A stretch of 52,915 bases of DNA from Acidobacteriota bacterium (GCA_019510535.1 JAEKKE010000156.1:1-52915); one strand, 5' to 3'. Numbered from the stretch's first letter, positions 41,582 to 52,168 are shown. Notes: generated by a model from the sequence alone, not told the origin. Translations and numbers: made by a program.

Positions 41582-42382
41582 ATGACGATGACCCACGTAC
41601 ATCTCCTAGCCTCTTTTCTCCTGCGAATGCAGGAGACCGCCGCCGATCAGCAGGCCGCACCGCTTCCTCCCTCGGGAGCCGGCGGATCCGCGCTGCTCGA
41701 GATGCTCCACAACTCTGGTCCGGTCGCTTTGGCTGTGCTGGTGCTGCTGACCTTCGCAAGTGTCTTTTCCTGGGCCATTATCTTCGCGAAGTGGTCTAGC
41801 TTCCGCCGTGCGCAGACACAGTCGCAACGGTTCGTCCGCGCCTTTCGCAAATCTCAGCGTCTTAGCGAGATTGCCACGGTAGCCGAACAGTTCAAGCCCT
41901 CGCCCCTCGTGATTGTCTTTACCGAGATCAATGAAGAGTACCAGCGCCAGACTGGCGGCCGTGGACTTCCGCGGAACCCTGTGGCTCTCGAGCGTGCGGC
42001 ACAGACCGCTTCTTCTGAGGCGCTGACCCGCATGGAATCGCGATTGACATGGCTGGCAACAATCGCTGCCATCGCTCCCTTCGTCGGCCTGTTCGGCACT
42101 GTGATGGGCATCATCGATGCCTTCCACGGCCTTGGCACTCAGGGTGCGGCGACACTACGCGCTGTGGCGCCCGGTATCTCTGAGGCGCTGATTACGACCG
42201 CTGCCGGTCTGGTCGTCGCAATTCCAGCCGTTATTGGCTACAACCAGTTCACTGCCCGTCTGCGGGAGTTCGGTTCGCGCATGGATGATTTTGCCCGCGA
42301 ACTTCTCTCGGCGATCGAAAACGCCGCCATGTCTCAGCCCGCTGCTCCTCAGGTAGAAGAGCGCCGGGTGCGGCAGTACTGA
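41582..42382 (+). CDS. tolQ: TolQ (MotA/TolQ/ExbB family)
   Basis: APFVGLFGTVMGI, APGISEALITTAAGL; first gene of the tol-pal cluster; start position approximate. Confidence 0.88.
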   Translation: MTMTHVHLLASFLLRMQETAADQQAAPLPPSGAGGSALLEMLHNSGPVALAVLVLLTFASVFSWAIIFAKWSSFRRAQTQSQRFVRAFRKSQRLSEIATVAEQFKPSPLVIVFTEINEEYQRQTGGRGLPRNPVALERAAQTASSEALTRMESRLTWLATIAAIAPFVGLFGTVMGIIDAFHGLGTQGAATLRAVAPGISEALITTAAGLVVAIPAVIGYNQFTARLREFGSRMDDFARELLSAIENAAMSQPAAPQVEERRVRQY

Positions 42383-42394
42383 GGAGAGAGCGAT

Positions 42395-42805
42395 ATGGCC
42401 TTCTCCAACAGCGGTAGAACGCAAACCTCCCTCGCAGAGATCAACATGACGCCGTTGATCGACGTTGTGTTGGTGCTGCTGCTCATCTTCATGCTGACCG
42501 CACCCGTACTGCAGTCTGGAATTGATGTTGCCGTGCCGAAGACCCGCTCCGTCAACCAGGTCACTGAGGAGCGGCAGGTCGTAACGATCAACAAAGATCA
42601 GCAGGTGTTTTTACAGGACAAGATAGTTAATATCCACGAATTGCCTACGTTGCTGCGGGCCGGCTCAGCCAACCCATCCAAGAAGATCATCTACCTGCGC
42701 GCGGATGAACGTGTTCCCTTCGGTGCTTTCGCTTCCGTCATGGACGCGGTGAAACAAGCCGGAATTACCAACATCAGCATCGTGACCCAACCGATCGAGA
42801 AGTAG
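42395..42805 (+). CDS. tolR: TolR (ExbD/TolR family)
   Basis: EINMTPLIDVVLVLLLIFM, LRAD. Confidence 0.9.
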   Translation: MAFSNSGRTQTSLAEINMTPLIDVVLVLLLIFMLTAPVLQSGIDVAVPKTRSVNQVTEERQVVTINKDQQVFLQDKIVNIHELPTLLRAGSANPSKKIIYLRADERVPFGAFASVMDAVKQAGITNISIVTQPIEK

Positions 42806-42808
42806 ACC

Positions 42809-43597
42809 ATGCCGAACGACCATACATGGACAGAGCCGGACCCGCTTGGCGGCAATTTTGCCGGATCGGCGATCGTGCATGCTCTTGTTCTGGGAGGCGT
42901 CGTCGCTGCCGGTTTCCTGGTCCATCGCGGATCGAGCTGGGGCGCGGCCACCGCTCAGGCTGGAGCGATTCAGGCGACGATGGTCACGGCGATTCCGTTG
43001 CCTGCGACGCAGCGCTTCGACAAAGATCAGGTACTCACCTCGGACGCGCCCAGCCCAGCGCCAAAAGAGCCTACACCGCAGACGATTGCACCACCGAAGC
43101 CGGATGAAGTTCCGATCCCGGTAAAGCAGCCGCCTAAGCCGCCCAAGGTCGCTCAGCAGGAGACGCCTGCTCCGCCGAAGCATCCGCAGCCGATACAGCC
43201 GCCAAAACCGAATGTGGCACAGACCGGCGAGACTTCAGGGATCCGGATTCAGCAGTCGACGATGCAGGTGACCAATGGAACGGCCTCTGTTGCCGTTCAG
43301 GATTCTGCATTCGGAGCGCGCTATGCCTATTACGTTAATGTCGTGAACCGCACTGTTGCGCAGAACTGGTTCACGCGAGAGGCTGATCCCGTCACCTCAG
43401 TGGGACGCAGCGTCACCATCATCTTCGATATCTTGCGGGACGGTACCCCAAGCAACGTCCGCATGGGACAACGCTCGGGTTCACCGTCGCTCGACGCCTC
43501 AGCTTTGCACGCCCTGGAACGCGTGGACGGCTTCGGGCCTCTGCCCGCAGGCGACCACATTACGGTGGAGTACACCTTTCATTACCAGCCCCATTGA
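42809..43597 (+). CDS. tolA: TolA/TonB-like energy transducer
   Basis: TM with S-x3-H (SAIVH), Pro-rich linker, TonB_C-like C-terminus (SGSPSLDASA); located between tolR and tolB. Confidence 0.75.
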   Translation: MPNDHTWTEPDPLGGNFAGSAIVHALVLGGVVAAGFLVHRGSSWGAATAQAGAIQATMVTAIPLPATQRFDKDQVLTSDAPSPAPKEPTPQTIAPPKPDEVPIPVKQPPKPPKVAQQETPAPPKHPQPIQPPKPNVAQTGETSGIRIQQSTMQVTNGTASVAVQDSAFGARYAYYVNVVNRTVAQNWFTREADPVTSVGRSVTIIFDILRDGTPSNVRMGQRSGSPSLDASALHALERVDGFGPLPAGDHITVEYTFHYQPH

Positions 43598-43640
43598 GGT
43601 TTGCCGCATCAAACCGGATTAAGTTCCGTCATACCATAGG

Positions 43641-45002
43641 ATGAGAATGCAAAGTCCGTCGCGTAAGTTCAACGTTCTTCTAGCGTTCGTGGCCGTAGTC
43701 GTCACAACGGTGGTCCCCGCCCGCGCCCAGGACTGGTTCAAGACTGAGACCAGCACCGGCGTCGATAAAATTCGTATCGCTGCTGCCGATTTCAAGCAGG
43801 GATCGGGCGATTCCGCTGCGCTGAAGCGCACTTTCGATTCAGTTCTCTATGCCGATCTCTCCAATGCCGGCATCTTCGACCTGGTGTCGAAGAGTCTGCT
43901 GCCTCAGGCAACGCCTGGAGCTCCCAGCGAGATGAACGTGCAGCAGTGGTCACCCGCTCCTGTCAGCGCCGCCATGGTCGCCTTCGGGTCGGCTACCGTG
44001 CAGTCCGGCAAGCTGGTCGTCAACGGATGGCTCTTTGACACCAAAAATGTCCAGTATCCGCAGGTCCTGGCCAAGCAGTACAGCGAAGATGCCACCGATG
44101 ACTCGGCCCGGCAGATCGCACACCGCTTCGCCGACGAGATCATCTTCCGTCTTGGCGGCGGTATCCCAGGGATCGCAGAGACCAAGATCGTTTACGTTCA
44201 CCAGGCCGGCGGCTCGAAAGAGATCTGGATGATGGACTACGACGGCGCAAACCAGCACCAGATCACGCATCTGGGCACGGTCTCCCTGTCGCCCCGCATC
44301 TCGCCCGATGGCACCCGCATCGCCTTCTCCTCTCTTGGCAAAGATGGCTGGGGCATTCGGATGTATTCGCTGGTTCTGGGACGTCTGGTGAACTTCCCCA
44401 GCTTTGGCGGAACCAATCTTTCCCCCGCTTGGGCTTCAACAGGCAACAGCCTTGCCTTTTCGAGTTCCCGCACCGGTGACCCGGAGATCTGGGAGACGGA
44501 CGCCAATGGAAACGGAGCGCATCGTCTGACCTCCTTCCGTGGGCCGGATGTCTCGCCGGTATGGAATCCCCGGACAAACGCTCAGATCGCCTGGATCAGC
44601 GGGCGCAGCGGCCTTCCCCAGGTCTACATCATGGACGCTGATGGAGCCGGCGTAACCCGCCTCACCGACATTGGGTATGCGACTTCTCCGTCATGGTCGC
44701 CGAACGGCCAGTTCCTCACCTTTGCCTGGAACCGGAAGTACGGACCTGGCGCTCCAGGAGGACAGGACATTTATGTGCAGGAGGTCGCACCTGGCGCCGG
44801 CGGTTCCTACCGCTGGGTTCAGGTGACGCATGATAGCGGCCGCTGCGACTTCCCGTCGTGGTCGCCTGATGGACGCCATATCGTTTATGCCAGTACAGCC
44901 AGCGGCAAGATGGAGATCTGGAGCATGCTGGCTGATGGAACACAGAAACGCCGCCTGACTACAAACGGCGGTAATGACATGCCAAACTGGAGTTGGAAGT
45001 AA
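43641..45002 (+). CDS. tolB: Tol-Pal beta-propeller protein TolB
   Basis: Signal peptide, AHRFADEI, PD40 repeats (SPDG, PAW, PSWSPNG, PSWSPDG). Confidence 0.93.
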   Translation: MRMQSPSRKFNVLLAFVAVVVTTVVPARAQDWFKTETSTGVDKIRIAAADFKQGSGDSAALKRTFDSVLYADLSNAGIFDLVSKSLLPQATPGAPSEMNVQQWSPAPVSAAMVAFGSATVQSGKLVVNGWLFDTKNVQYPQVLAKQYSEDATDDSARQIAHRFADEIIFRLGGGIPGIAETKIVYVHQAGGSKEIWMMDYDGANQHQITHLGTVSLSPRISPDGTRIAFSSLGKDGWGIRMYSLVLGRLVNFPSFGGTNLSPAWASTGNSLAFSSSRTGDPEIWETDANGNGAHRLTSFRGPDVSPVWNPRTNAQIAWISGRSGLPQVYIMDADGAGVTRLTDIGYATSPSWSPNGQFLTFAWNRKYGPGAPGGQDIYVQEVAPGAGGSYRWVQVTHDSGRCDFPSWSPDGRHIVYASTASGKMEIWSMLADGTQKRRLTTNGGNDMPNWSWK

Positions 45003-45120
45003 CCTCGGCTGGCACCCTTTTTTCTATTTGCTTTGCAGCAACTTACCAACAGTTTTGAATCAAAACAAAGTGTAGGACCCGGCCGATTCGAACGCGCCGA
45101 GGCAGGAGGAAAGATTTCCG

Positions 45121-45867
45121 ATGAACGTACCCGCACTCCGTAAGATGACCGTCCTGGCGATCGCGCTGGCTTTCGGCGCTGCTGGCTGCCATAAGAAGGC
45201 TTCTGCCCCCCCACCGTATACCGCTCCGGAAGTCCCGGCTACGCCTGCTCCGACAGCCACCATTTCGGCTGAACCGCCGGCCATCGATCTTGGTCAGTCG
45301 GTCGTGCTGAACTGGCGCACAACGAACGCTACCTCCGTGTCGATCGACGGAATTGGTGCGGTCAATGTGAACGGAACCCAGACGGTGACTCCGTCGAGCT
45401 CCACGAACTTCCATCTGGTTGCTCGTGGTGACGGCGGTTCGGCTGAGGCCAACGTCCGCGTGACAGTACGTGTTCCGGAGACCCCGGCTGCGCCCACGGG
45501 CAATGCCGATATGGGTTCGGACGCCGAGTTCGCGCGGAATGTACAGGACATCTTCTTCGACTACGACAGCTACGATGTCCGCACCGATGCGCAGTCTTCC
45601 ATCACCGCCTCTGCCAGCTATCTGGCTGCCCATCCGGCGATCAAGGTCGTAATCGGTGGCTACTGCGACGAGCGTGGTTCGGCCGAGTACAACCTCGCAC
45701 TGGGCGAGAATCGCGCCAATGCCGCCAAGACCGCGCTGGTCAATGCCGGCATCGCGCCCTCGCGGATGCGCGTCATCAGCTACGGCAAGGAAAAGCAGTT
45801 CTGCACCGAGCAGACCGAGTCGTGCTGGCAGCAGAACCGTCGTGCGCAGTTCTCGCTGGACCGCTAG
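45121..45867 (+). CDS. pal: Peptidoglycan-associated lipoprotein Pal with an extra N-terminal beta-sandwich domain
   Basis: Lipobox AAGC, IFFDYD, GYCDERGSAEYNLALGENRA, SYGKE, NRRA. Confidence 0.95.
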   Translation: MNVPALRKMTVLAIALAFGAAGCHKKASAPPPYTAPEVPATPAPTATISAEPPAIDLGQSVVLNWRTTNATSVSIDGIGAVNVNGTQTVTPSSSTNFHLVARGDGGSAEANVRVTVRVPETPAAPTGNADMGSDAEFARNVQDIFFDYDSYDVRTDAQSSITASASYLAAHPAIKVVIGGYCDERGSAEYNLALGENRANAAKTALVNAGIAPSRMRVISYGKEKQFCTEQTESCWQQNRRAQFSLDR

Positions 45868-45981
45868 AGCATTTTTCCTGGAGGGGCTGTGCAGGGCTTC
45901 CGGCATCTATGGGTGTTTTCTGCAATGAAAACGCCGCTGCACGTCCCTTCCGGGAGACCCAGCAACAGGAAAAATGATCTA
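45865..45981. mobile_element. MITE-like element, copy 1 (117 bp)
   Basis: Terminal inverted repeats TAGAGCATTTTTCCTG / CAGGAAAAATGATCTA (15 of 16 match); homologous to 47060-47173. Confidence 0.8.
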
Positions 45982-46084
45982 ATCCTGGCCATGCCAGGGC
46001 GTCGTAGACTGGATCAACAACCCGGGGAGGCGCTTGCTCGCAGCAAGCGCCTTTTCCGCGTCAAAAGCGTTTGAGGAAACCGCC

Positions 46085-47062
46085 ATGAAGCTTATACGTC
46101 TTGCACCTGTAGCCCTGCTGACCTGCTCTCTTTTCGTCCCTCCAGCGTTCGCCGTGAATAAAGACATGGTGCAACTGCAGACCCAGGTACAGGCGTTGCA
46201 GGACGCCGTTGCAAGGCTGCAGCAGGCCAATGACGAGCGCATGGGAGTCCTGCGGGACCTGGTGCAGCAAACGGCTGACTCCGTCAACCGCATGTCTGTC
46301 ACCGTGGATGGCCTGCATAAGCAGATGACCACGAGCGCCGAAGCCCAGAGCGGCAAATCCGACCAGATCAACAGCCAGGTGCAGGCGCTGAACGATGCTC
46401 TGGACGAATTGAAGGCGCGTCTCGGACGCATGGAAAAATCGCTGACGGATGTACAGAATCAGCAGCAATCCATCAACGCGAAGCTGGATAACGGAGTACC
46501 TTCCGGTGGAAATACTACGGCGCCTGCGGGAACGAATCCGGCTCCCGATATGACCCCATACACGCCTCCGGCGCCGGTGGTTCCTTCGCGGAAGGGCAAG
46601 CCCGCCCCCGGAACGCCGATGACTCAGACACAGCCGACAACAGATGCTCCCGCCGCCCAGCCTGTGGCCGATGCAGCGCCGCCAGTGGCCGATCTCTACC
46701 AGACCGCATATGGAGACTACGTTGCCGCCAAGTATGCTTTGGCGTCAGCCGAGTTCAGCCGGGTTATCCAGTACTATCCGGACAACGCCCTGGCTGGGAA
46801 TGCGAACTTCTACCTGGGCGAGATCGACTATCGCGCCGGGAAGTTCCCTACCGCCATCAAGTTCTATGACAAGGTGCTGGAACAGTATCCAGGGAACAAC
46901 AAGACAGCCCTCTCTCACCTACATAAGGGTTATGCATTGATCGCCACTCGGCAGGAGGCTGCTGGAGCTCGCGAGCTGCGTGCGCTGATTGCCCGCTATC
47001 CTGGCACGCCAGAGGCTAACCAGGCCAAGGCAAAGCTGAACGGGCTGAAGGCTAGCCGCTAG
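46085..47062 (+). CDS. cpoB: Tol-Pal system protein CpoB/YbgF
   Basis: Signal peptide, N-terminal coiled coil, C-terminal TPRs (LAGNANFYLGE, YPG); follows pal. Confidence 0.88.
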   Translation: MKLIRLAPVALLTCSLFVPPAFAVNKDMVQLQTQVQALQDAVARLQQANDERMGVLRDLVQQTADSVNRMSVTVDGLHKQMTTSAEAQSGKSDQINSQVQALNDALDELKARLGRMEKSLTDVQNQQQSINAKLDNGVPSGGNTTAPAGTNPAPDMTPYTPPAPVVPSRKGKPAPGTPMTQTQPTTDAPAAQPVADAAPPVADLYQTAYGDYVAAKYALASAEFSRVIQYYPDNALAGNANFYLGEIDYRAGKFPTAIKFYDKVLEQYPGNNKTALSHLHKGYALIATRQEAAGARELRALIARYPGTPEANQAKAKLNGLKASR

Positions 47063-47173
47063 AGATTTTTCTGTAGATGTAGAGTGGGGCTTCCGCATTT
47101 ATGGGCGTTTTCCGCGATGAAAATGCCGCTGCACGCCCCTTCAGGGATACGCAGCAACAGGGAAAATGCTCTA
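47060..47173. mobile_element. MITE-like element, copy 2 (114 bp)
   Basis: Degenerate left end TAGAG-ATTTTT-CTG, right end CAGGGAAAATGCTCTA; shares the core ggcttccg..atggg.gtttt..gc.atgaaaa.gccgctgcacg.cccttc.ggga..c.cagcaacagg with copy 1. Confidence 0.8.
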
Positions 47174-48184
47174 ACTACGAATTCCGTACATCCGGCGCTC
47201 TACCTCTGCCCGCTGGTCTGCGGTGAGCGGCAGACGTGGCAAACGCGGCTTACCGCCGTAATATCCAGTCAGCTCCGCGGCATACTTCACACCCGCGATC
47301 CCTAATCCCTCGACAATCTCAGCAGCCGGCGCAGCGATGCGGGCCTGTTTCTCGGCAGCAAGTTTGGGGTCGCCGTCTTTCCATGCGGCATAGACCTCAT
47401 GGCATGCCTGCGGCGCGCTGGCCGTAAAGGTCGTCAACAGCCCCTGTGCTCCGGCAGCCAGAGCATCGACCATGCCGGCATCTGAGGACGAAAGGACCTG
47501 GAAACCTACGTTGCGCGTGCGTGTCTTGAGTGCAGGCTTCGGCGGAGCAACCGCGACAGCAGCGCCTCCATCCGCCAGGCTGCCGGCGCTCACAAAGGTT
47601 GCGGCTTCGGTGCTCTGCGTTGCCTGCATCCGCCCGGTTACGGCAGAGAATACCGGAGTGACCACGACATCGCGCCGGGGAGCTTTGGCTGATGCGGCAA
47701 TTACGGCCACGATATTGCTGGCTCCGCTCACGATGCCAAAGATCCTGGCATGGAGCGACAGATGTGAAACCTCTTCAGGATCGAGCGTTGATTCGGGGTC
47801 GAAGATCACAACAGGAAGCTCACTGGCATCTGCGACGGCGCTGAAATACACAGAGGCGTCAACCGCAGGAACGCGAACGAGGGCCACGTCGTAACCAAGG
47901 CCTGCTGCGTAGTGGATCAGATCTAACGTGGCAGCTACAGAAGGACGGCCGACACCAGCCCAAAGGACCTTCTCCGGAGCAGCGGCTCCCACCGCTGTCG
48001 CCAGCACATCCCGGGTCTCTGTGTCAGAGAGCATCTCCGCTTCGCCCGGCCCGGCAAGAATCGCGATGCCGGCAGCAGGGGTCATGGAATAGCGAGCTAC
48101 ATTGTGCTCCAGCTTACGCAGGTATACACGGCCATCGGAATAAAACGGAGTTGTGGCGGGAATATGCAATCCATCGAGCAGCAT
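47171..48184 (-). CDS. Dihydrodipicolinate-synthase (DapA)-family protein with a degenerate active site
   Basis: TTPF, GE...LS, AGVG, VADASELPVVIF, GIAGVKYA...PRLP; start taken at MLLDG. Confidence 0.8.
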   Translation of the reverse strand: MLLDGLHIPATTPFYSDGRVYLRKLEHNVARYSMTPAAGIAILAGPGEAEMLSDTETRDVLATAVGAAAPEKVLWAGVGRPSVAATLDLIHYAAGLGYDVALVRVPAVDASVYFSAVADASELPVVIFDPESTLDPEEVSHLSLHARIFGIVSGASNIVAVIAASAKAPRRDVVVTPVFSAVTGRMQATQSTEAATFVSAGSLADGGAAVAVAPPKPALKTRTRNVGFQVLSSSDAGMVDALAAGAQGLLTTFTASAPQACHEVYAAWKDGDPKLAAEKQARIAAPAAEIVEGLGIAGVKYAAELTGYYGGKPRLPRLPLTADQRAEVERRMYGIRS

Positions 48185-48321
48185 GGCTTTTATTTTAATG
48201 CGCTTTATAGCGGTTGACGGCATCAAGAGCAATACCACGAAAGGCTATTTCCATCGCTTCCCTCAATGTCGTACCGTGTATGGAAGCCAAATAGATCATT
48301 CGGGAGACGAAAGCTCGCGGC

Positions 48322-48813
48322 ATGGCAGAAGACATTGAAGATGTAGGGGGAAAGTCTGCGACGGACCTGGGGTTTGAAGCCCTCTGGTTCGCAGTGCACA
48401 CATTCCTGGCATTTCTTGTGGTTGTTGTGGTGATCAGTGTCTTCGGGCTGTCAAAGCCCGATCCGAATGCAACCCAACCGAAGCTGCTCTGTACAGCCGT
48501 TATCTTTCTGGCAGCCATCATCGCCGGCTTTGCGACAGCAAAGGTGACGAAGAACGAAGTCGCACGCTACATCTGGATCGCCGGCTTGCTGATGTTTTCG
48601 ATTCTGTGCGTCTATGTTCTGGATCTTCCCACCGGGCCTGGTCTGTGCAACGGCTGCGGAGCAGTGGAGAAGCTCTACCGGACCTTCTTCGATATATCCA
48701 ACCCCAGCGGCCTGATGGGTGGCTATGGCTTCGCCGTCGGTAGCTGGATTCCCCTATCGATGATCTCCTACTCGATCGGTGCGACGTTTGGTCTTCCAAA
48801 AGAAGAACTCTGA
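48322..48813 (+). CDS. Hypothetical four-TM membrane protein
   Basis: Four hydrophobic segments and a CNGC motif in a loop; followed by a terminator. Confidence 0.7.
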   Translation: MAEDIEDVGGKSATDLGFEALWFAVHTFLAFLVVVVVISVFGLSKPDPNATQPKLLCTAVIFLAAIIAGFATAKVTKNEVARYIWIAGLLMFSILCVYVLDLPTGPGLCNGCGAVEKLYRTFFDISNPSGLMGGYGFAVGSWIPLSMISYSIGATFGLPKEEL

Positions 48814-48822
48814 GTTTTCTGC

Positions 48823-48866
48823 AAAACAAGAGAGGCGTGAGCATTGTGCTCACGCCTCTCTTTTGT
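48823..48866. terminator. Bidirectional intrinsic terminator
   Basis: aagagaggcgtgagca-ttg-tgctcacgcctctctt (16-bp stem) with flanking A and T runs. Confidence 0.85.
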
Positions 48867-48880
48867 AGAGTCTGGCCTGA

Positions 48881-51800
48881 TTATGCCTGGACGGCTTCAC
48901 GCTCCGCATGCAGTGCCTGCAGCGCGTTGACGTTGACCGAACCACCCTGGATGGACGCGATTCCCTCTGCCGCAGCGCGTGCCGCGGCAATCGTGGTGAT
49001 GGTGGGAATACGAGCCAGAACCGCAGCGCGACGGATCGCTTTTTCATCGAAGAAGGTATCCTGCCCGCGTGGCGTGTTCACGATGAGCTGGATACGGTCA
49101 CCCTTGATGTAGTCCACGACGTTGGGGCGGCCTTCCTTGACCTTGTAGACGCGCTCTACCTGCAGGCCGGCGTCTTCCAGCACATCGGCCGTTCCGTGGG
49201 TTGCCACGATGTGGAAGCCCATCTCCCGGAACTGACGCGCAAGCCCAACCACCTGAGACTTATCGTGGTCGTTTACGCTCAGGAAGACGTTGCCCTTCTT
49301 CGGCAACACCTGTCCGGCGGAGAGCTGTGCCTTGGCGAAGGCTTCGCCGAAGTTGTCGGCCACGCCCATGACTTCGCCGGTGGACTTCATCTCTGGTCCG
49401 AGAACCGTATCGACGCCCGGGAACTTGCCCCAGGGGAAGACCGGGCTCTTCACGAAGTAGTGGCTTCCGGTTCCAAGATCCTTGCCGCTGGCGAGTTGCT
49501 CGGGCAGAAGCTCCTTCAGTGTCTTGCCAATCATCAGGCGCGACGCAATCTTCGCAAGCGGGATGCCGGTTGCCTTGGAGACATACGGCACCGTACGCGA
49601 TGCACGCGGGTTCACCTCGATCACGTAGACATTGCCGTACTGGATCGCGAACTGGATGTTCACCAGACCGATGACGTTCAGTGACAGTGCGAGCTTCCGC
49701 GTGTAAGTCCGGATCATGTCCAGAACCTCCGGAGCGATATCGACTGCCGGCAGAACACAGGAGGAATCACCGGAGTGAATGCCGGCCTCTTCGATATGCT
49801 GCATGATGCCGGCAATGATCACATCCTTGCCATCACAAAGAGCATCGACGTCGACTTCGGTAGCGTCTTCGAGGAAGTGATCGATCAGTACCGGGCGCTC
49901 CTGCGAATACTCGATCGCAGTGCTCATGTACTTCACGATGGCATCGTCGTCGTAGGCAATGACCATGGCGCGTCCACCGAGAACGTAGGAAGGCCGCACC
50001 AGCACCGGATAACCGACGCGGTTGGCGCCTTCGAGCGCCTCCTGTACCGAGGTCGCCATCGCGCCCTGCGGCTGCGGAATTTCCAGCTCTTCGATCAGCT
50101 TGCCGAAGCGCTTACGATCTTCGGCGAGATCGATGGACTCGGGAGAGGTACCGATGATCGGTACGCCTGCAGCCTTCAGCGGCAGCGCAAGATTCAGTGG
50201 AGTCTGACCGCCGAACTGAACGATCATGCCAACCTCCGCCCCATTTGCAGCCTCATGCTCGTAGACAGCAAGAACGTCCTCGTAGGTCAACGGCTCGAAG
50301 TAGAGGCGATCTGCCGTGTCGTAGTCGGTCGAAACCGTCTCAGGATTGCAGTTCACCATAATGGTTTCGTAACCATCATCCTTCAGAGCAAAGGCAGCGT
50401 GGCAGCAGCAATAGTCGAACTCGATACCCTGTCCGATGCGGTTCGGTCCGGAGCCCAGGATGATGACCTTTTTCTTTGCCGTCGGCGTTGCTTCATCTTC
50501 CTCGTCGAAGCAGGAGTAGAAGTACGGCGTAAAGCTCTCGAACTCGGCAGCGCAAGTATCCACCAGCTTGTAGACCGGAGTCACACCCAGCTTCTTGCGA
50601 AGATTCATCACCTCGATCGCGCCGGCGCGTCCCTCGAGTCCCCAGCCAGCGGCAAGGCGCTCGTCAGAGATGCCCATGCGCTTCGCAGTACGCAGCTCGT
50701 CCGCACTGATCTGGGCCGCCGGCTTTTCGCTGACAGCCGTGATCTCGTCCACCACCTGCTTGACCTGGTAGAGGAACCAGGGATCCATGCCAGTCAGACG
50801 AGCGACCTCACGCACGCTCATGCCCTTCTCGAAGGCATAACGAACGTAGCTGAAGCGGTCAGGATGAGGCGTAACCAGGCGCTGCGTCAGGCGGCGCGGT
50901 TCAATGTCCGTAGCGGTGGCCTTCTTGCCTGTCTCCAGCGAACGGACAGCTTTGAACATGGCCTCTTTGAAGGTGCGGCCGATGGCCATAACCTCGCCGA
51001 CAGACTTCATCTGCGGTCCAAGACCTTCTTCCGCACCGGGGAACTTCTCGAACTGCCACTTCGGGAACTTCACCACGACGTAGTCGATGGTGGGTTCGAA
51101 ACAGGCAGGCGTCGCCTTGGTGATGTCGTTCTTGATCTCGTCGAGCGTGTAGCCAACGGCGAGGCGTGCAGCAATCTTTGCGATCGGAAAGCCTGTTGCC
51201 TTGGAGGCAAGCGCCGACGAGCGCGAGACGCGTGGGTTCATCTCGATGACAGTCATACGGCCGTTCTGCGGATTGACCGCGAACTGCACGTTGCTGCCGC
51301 CGGTCTCGACACCGATCTCACGGATGACCTTGATGGCGGCATCACGCATGACCTGGTACTCGCGGTCGGTCAGCGTCTGCGCCGGGGCAACCGTGATGGA
51401 GTCGCCCGTATGCACGCCCATCGGATCAAAGTTCTCGATGGAGCAGATGATGATGCAGTTGTCCTTGAGATCACGCACGACCTCAAGTTCATACTCCTTC
51501 CATCCAAGCACGCTCTCTTCGATGAGGCACTCGTGGACAGGAGAGAGATCGAGGCCGCGGGACAGAATCTCCATCAGCTCTTCGCGGTTATAGGCAATAC
51601 CGCCGCCGGAGCCACCGAGCGTGAACGAGGGGCGGATCACTGCCGGGAAGCCGATCTTTGCGGTGAACTCGATACCGTCGCGCAGGTTGTTGACGAGCGC
51701 GGAACGCGGCATGTCGAGACCGATCTTGTTCATCGCGTCTTTGAACAGGAGACGATCTTCCGCCTTCTTGATCGCGTCGAGCTTGGCGCCAATCAACTCG

Positions 51801-52168
51801 ACGTTGTAGCGATCCAGAACGCCGCCATCAGCGAGGTCTACGGCGAGGTTCAAAGCCGTCTGTCCGCCTACGGTCGGCAGTACGGCGAACTTCCCTGCCT
51901 TGCCGTTCTCGGCAAGCATCTCGCTCTCCAGCCTCAGAATCTCTTCTAGGTAGGCATAGCTCAGCGGCTCGATGTAGGTGCGGTCGGCAACCTCCGGATC
52001 CGTCATGATGGAGGCTGGATTGGAGTTCACCAGTACCACCTCGTAGCCTTCGGCCTTCAGGGCCTTGCACGCCTGGGTGCCGGAGTAGTCGAACTCTGCC
52101 GACTGGCCAATCACGATCGGACCTGAGCCGATCACCAGAATCTTCGCGATGTCATTCCTGCGTGGCAT
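48881..52168 (-). CDS. carB: Carbamoyl-phosphate synthase large subunit
   Basis: [17 protein letters not shown], duplicated ATP-grasp domains, C-terminal MGS domain. Confidence 0.99.
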   Translation of the reverse strand: MPRRNDIAKILVIGSGPIVIGQSAEFDYSGTQACKALKAEGYEVVLVNSNPASIMTDPEVADRTYIEPLSYAYLEEILRLESEMLAENGKAGKFAVLPTVGGQTALNLAVDLADGGVLDRYNVELIGAKLDAIKKAEDRLLFKDAMNKIGLDMPRSALVNNLRDGIEFTAKIGFPAVIRPSFTLGGSGGGIAYNREELMEILSRGLDLSPVHECLIEESVLGWKEYELEVVRDLKDNCIIICSIENFDPMGVHTGDSITVAPAQTLTDREYQVMRDAAIKVIREIGVETGGSNVQFAVNPQNGRMTVIEMNPRVSRSSALASKATGFPIAKIAARLAVGYTLDEIKNDITKATPACFEPTIDYVVVKFPKWQFEKFPGAEEGLGPQMKSVGEVMAIGRTFKEAMFKAVRSLETGKKATATDIEPRRLTQRLVTPHPDRFSYVRYAFEKGMSVREVARLTGMDPWFLYQVKQVVDEITAVSEKPAAQISADELRTAKRMGISDERLAAGWGLEGRAGAIEVMNLRKKLGVTPVYKLVDTCAAEFESFTPYFYSCFDEEDEATPTAKKKVIILGSGPNRIGQGIEFDYCCCHAAFALKDDGYETIMVNCNPETVSTDYDTADRLYFEPLTYEDVLAVYEHEAANGAEVGMIVQFGGQTPLNLALPLKAAGVPIIGTSPESIDLAEDRKRFGKLIEELEIPQPQGAMATSVQEALEGANRVGYPVLVRPSYVLGGRAMVIAYDDDAIVKYMSTAIEYSQERPVLIDHFLEDATEVDVDALCDGKDVIIAGIMQHIEEAGIHSGDSSCVLPAVDIAPEVLDMIRTYTRKLALSLNVIGLVNIQFAIQYGNVYVIEVNPRASRTVPYVSKATGIPLAKIASRLMIGKTLKELLPEQLASGKDLGTGSHYFVKSPVFPWGKFPGVDTVLGPEMKSTGEVMGVADNFGEAFAKAQLSAGQVLPKKGNVFLSVNDHDKSQVVGLARQFREMGFHIVATHGTADVLEDAGLQVERVYKVKEGRPNVVDYIKGDRIQLIVNTPRGQDTFFDEKAIRRAAVLARIPTITTIAAARAAAEGIASIQGGSVNVNALQALHAEREAVQA

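Noticed and set aside
45865-47173. Repeat pair as a CRISPR remnant or composite transposon
   Set aside because: Only two long copies about 1.1 kb apart, no spacers, no cas or transposase gene; the enclosed gene is the native cpoB
47084-47305. Small ORFs (73 aa here, 61 aa at 45889-46074) with similar peptides (HLW.FSAMK.PLH.PSG)
   Set aside because: The similarity simply reflects the repeat element; there is no SD and they run into neighbouring genes
49775-51949. 724-aa plus-strand ORF
   Set aside because: Lies wholly antisense to carB and has no recognisable motifs; a typical shadow ORF from high-GC codon bias
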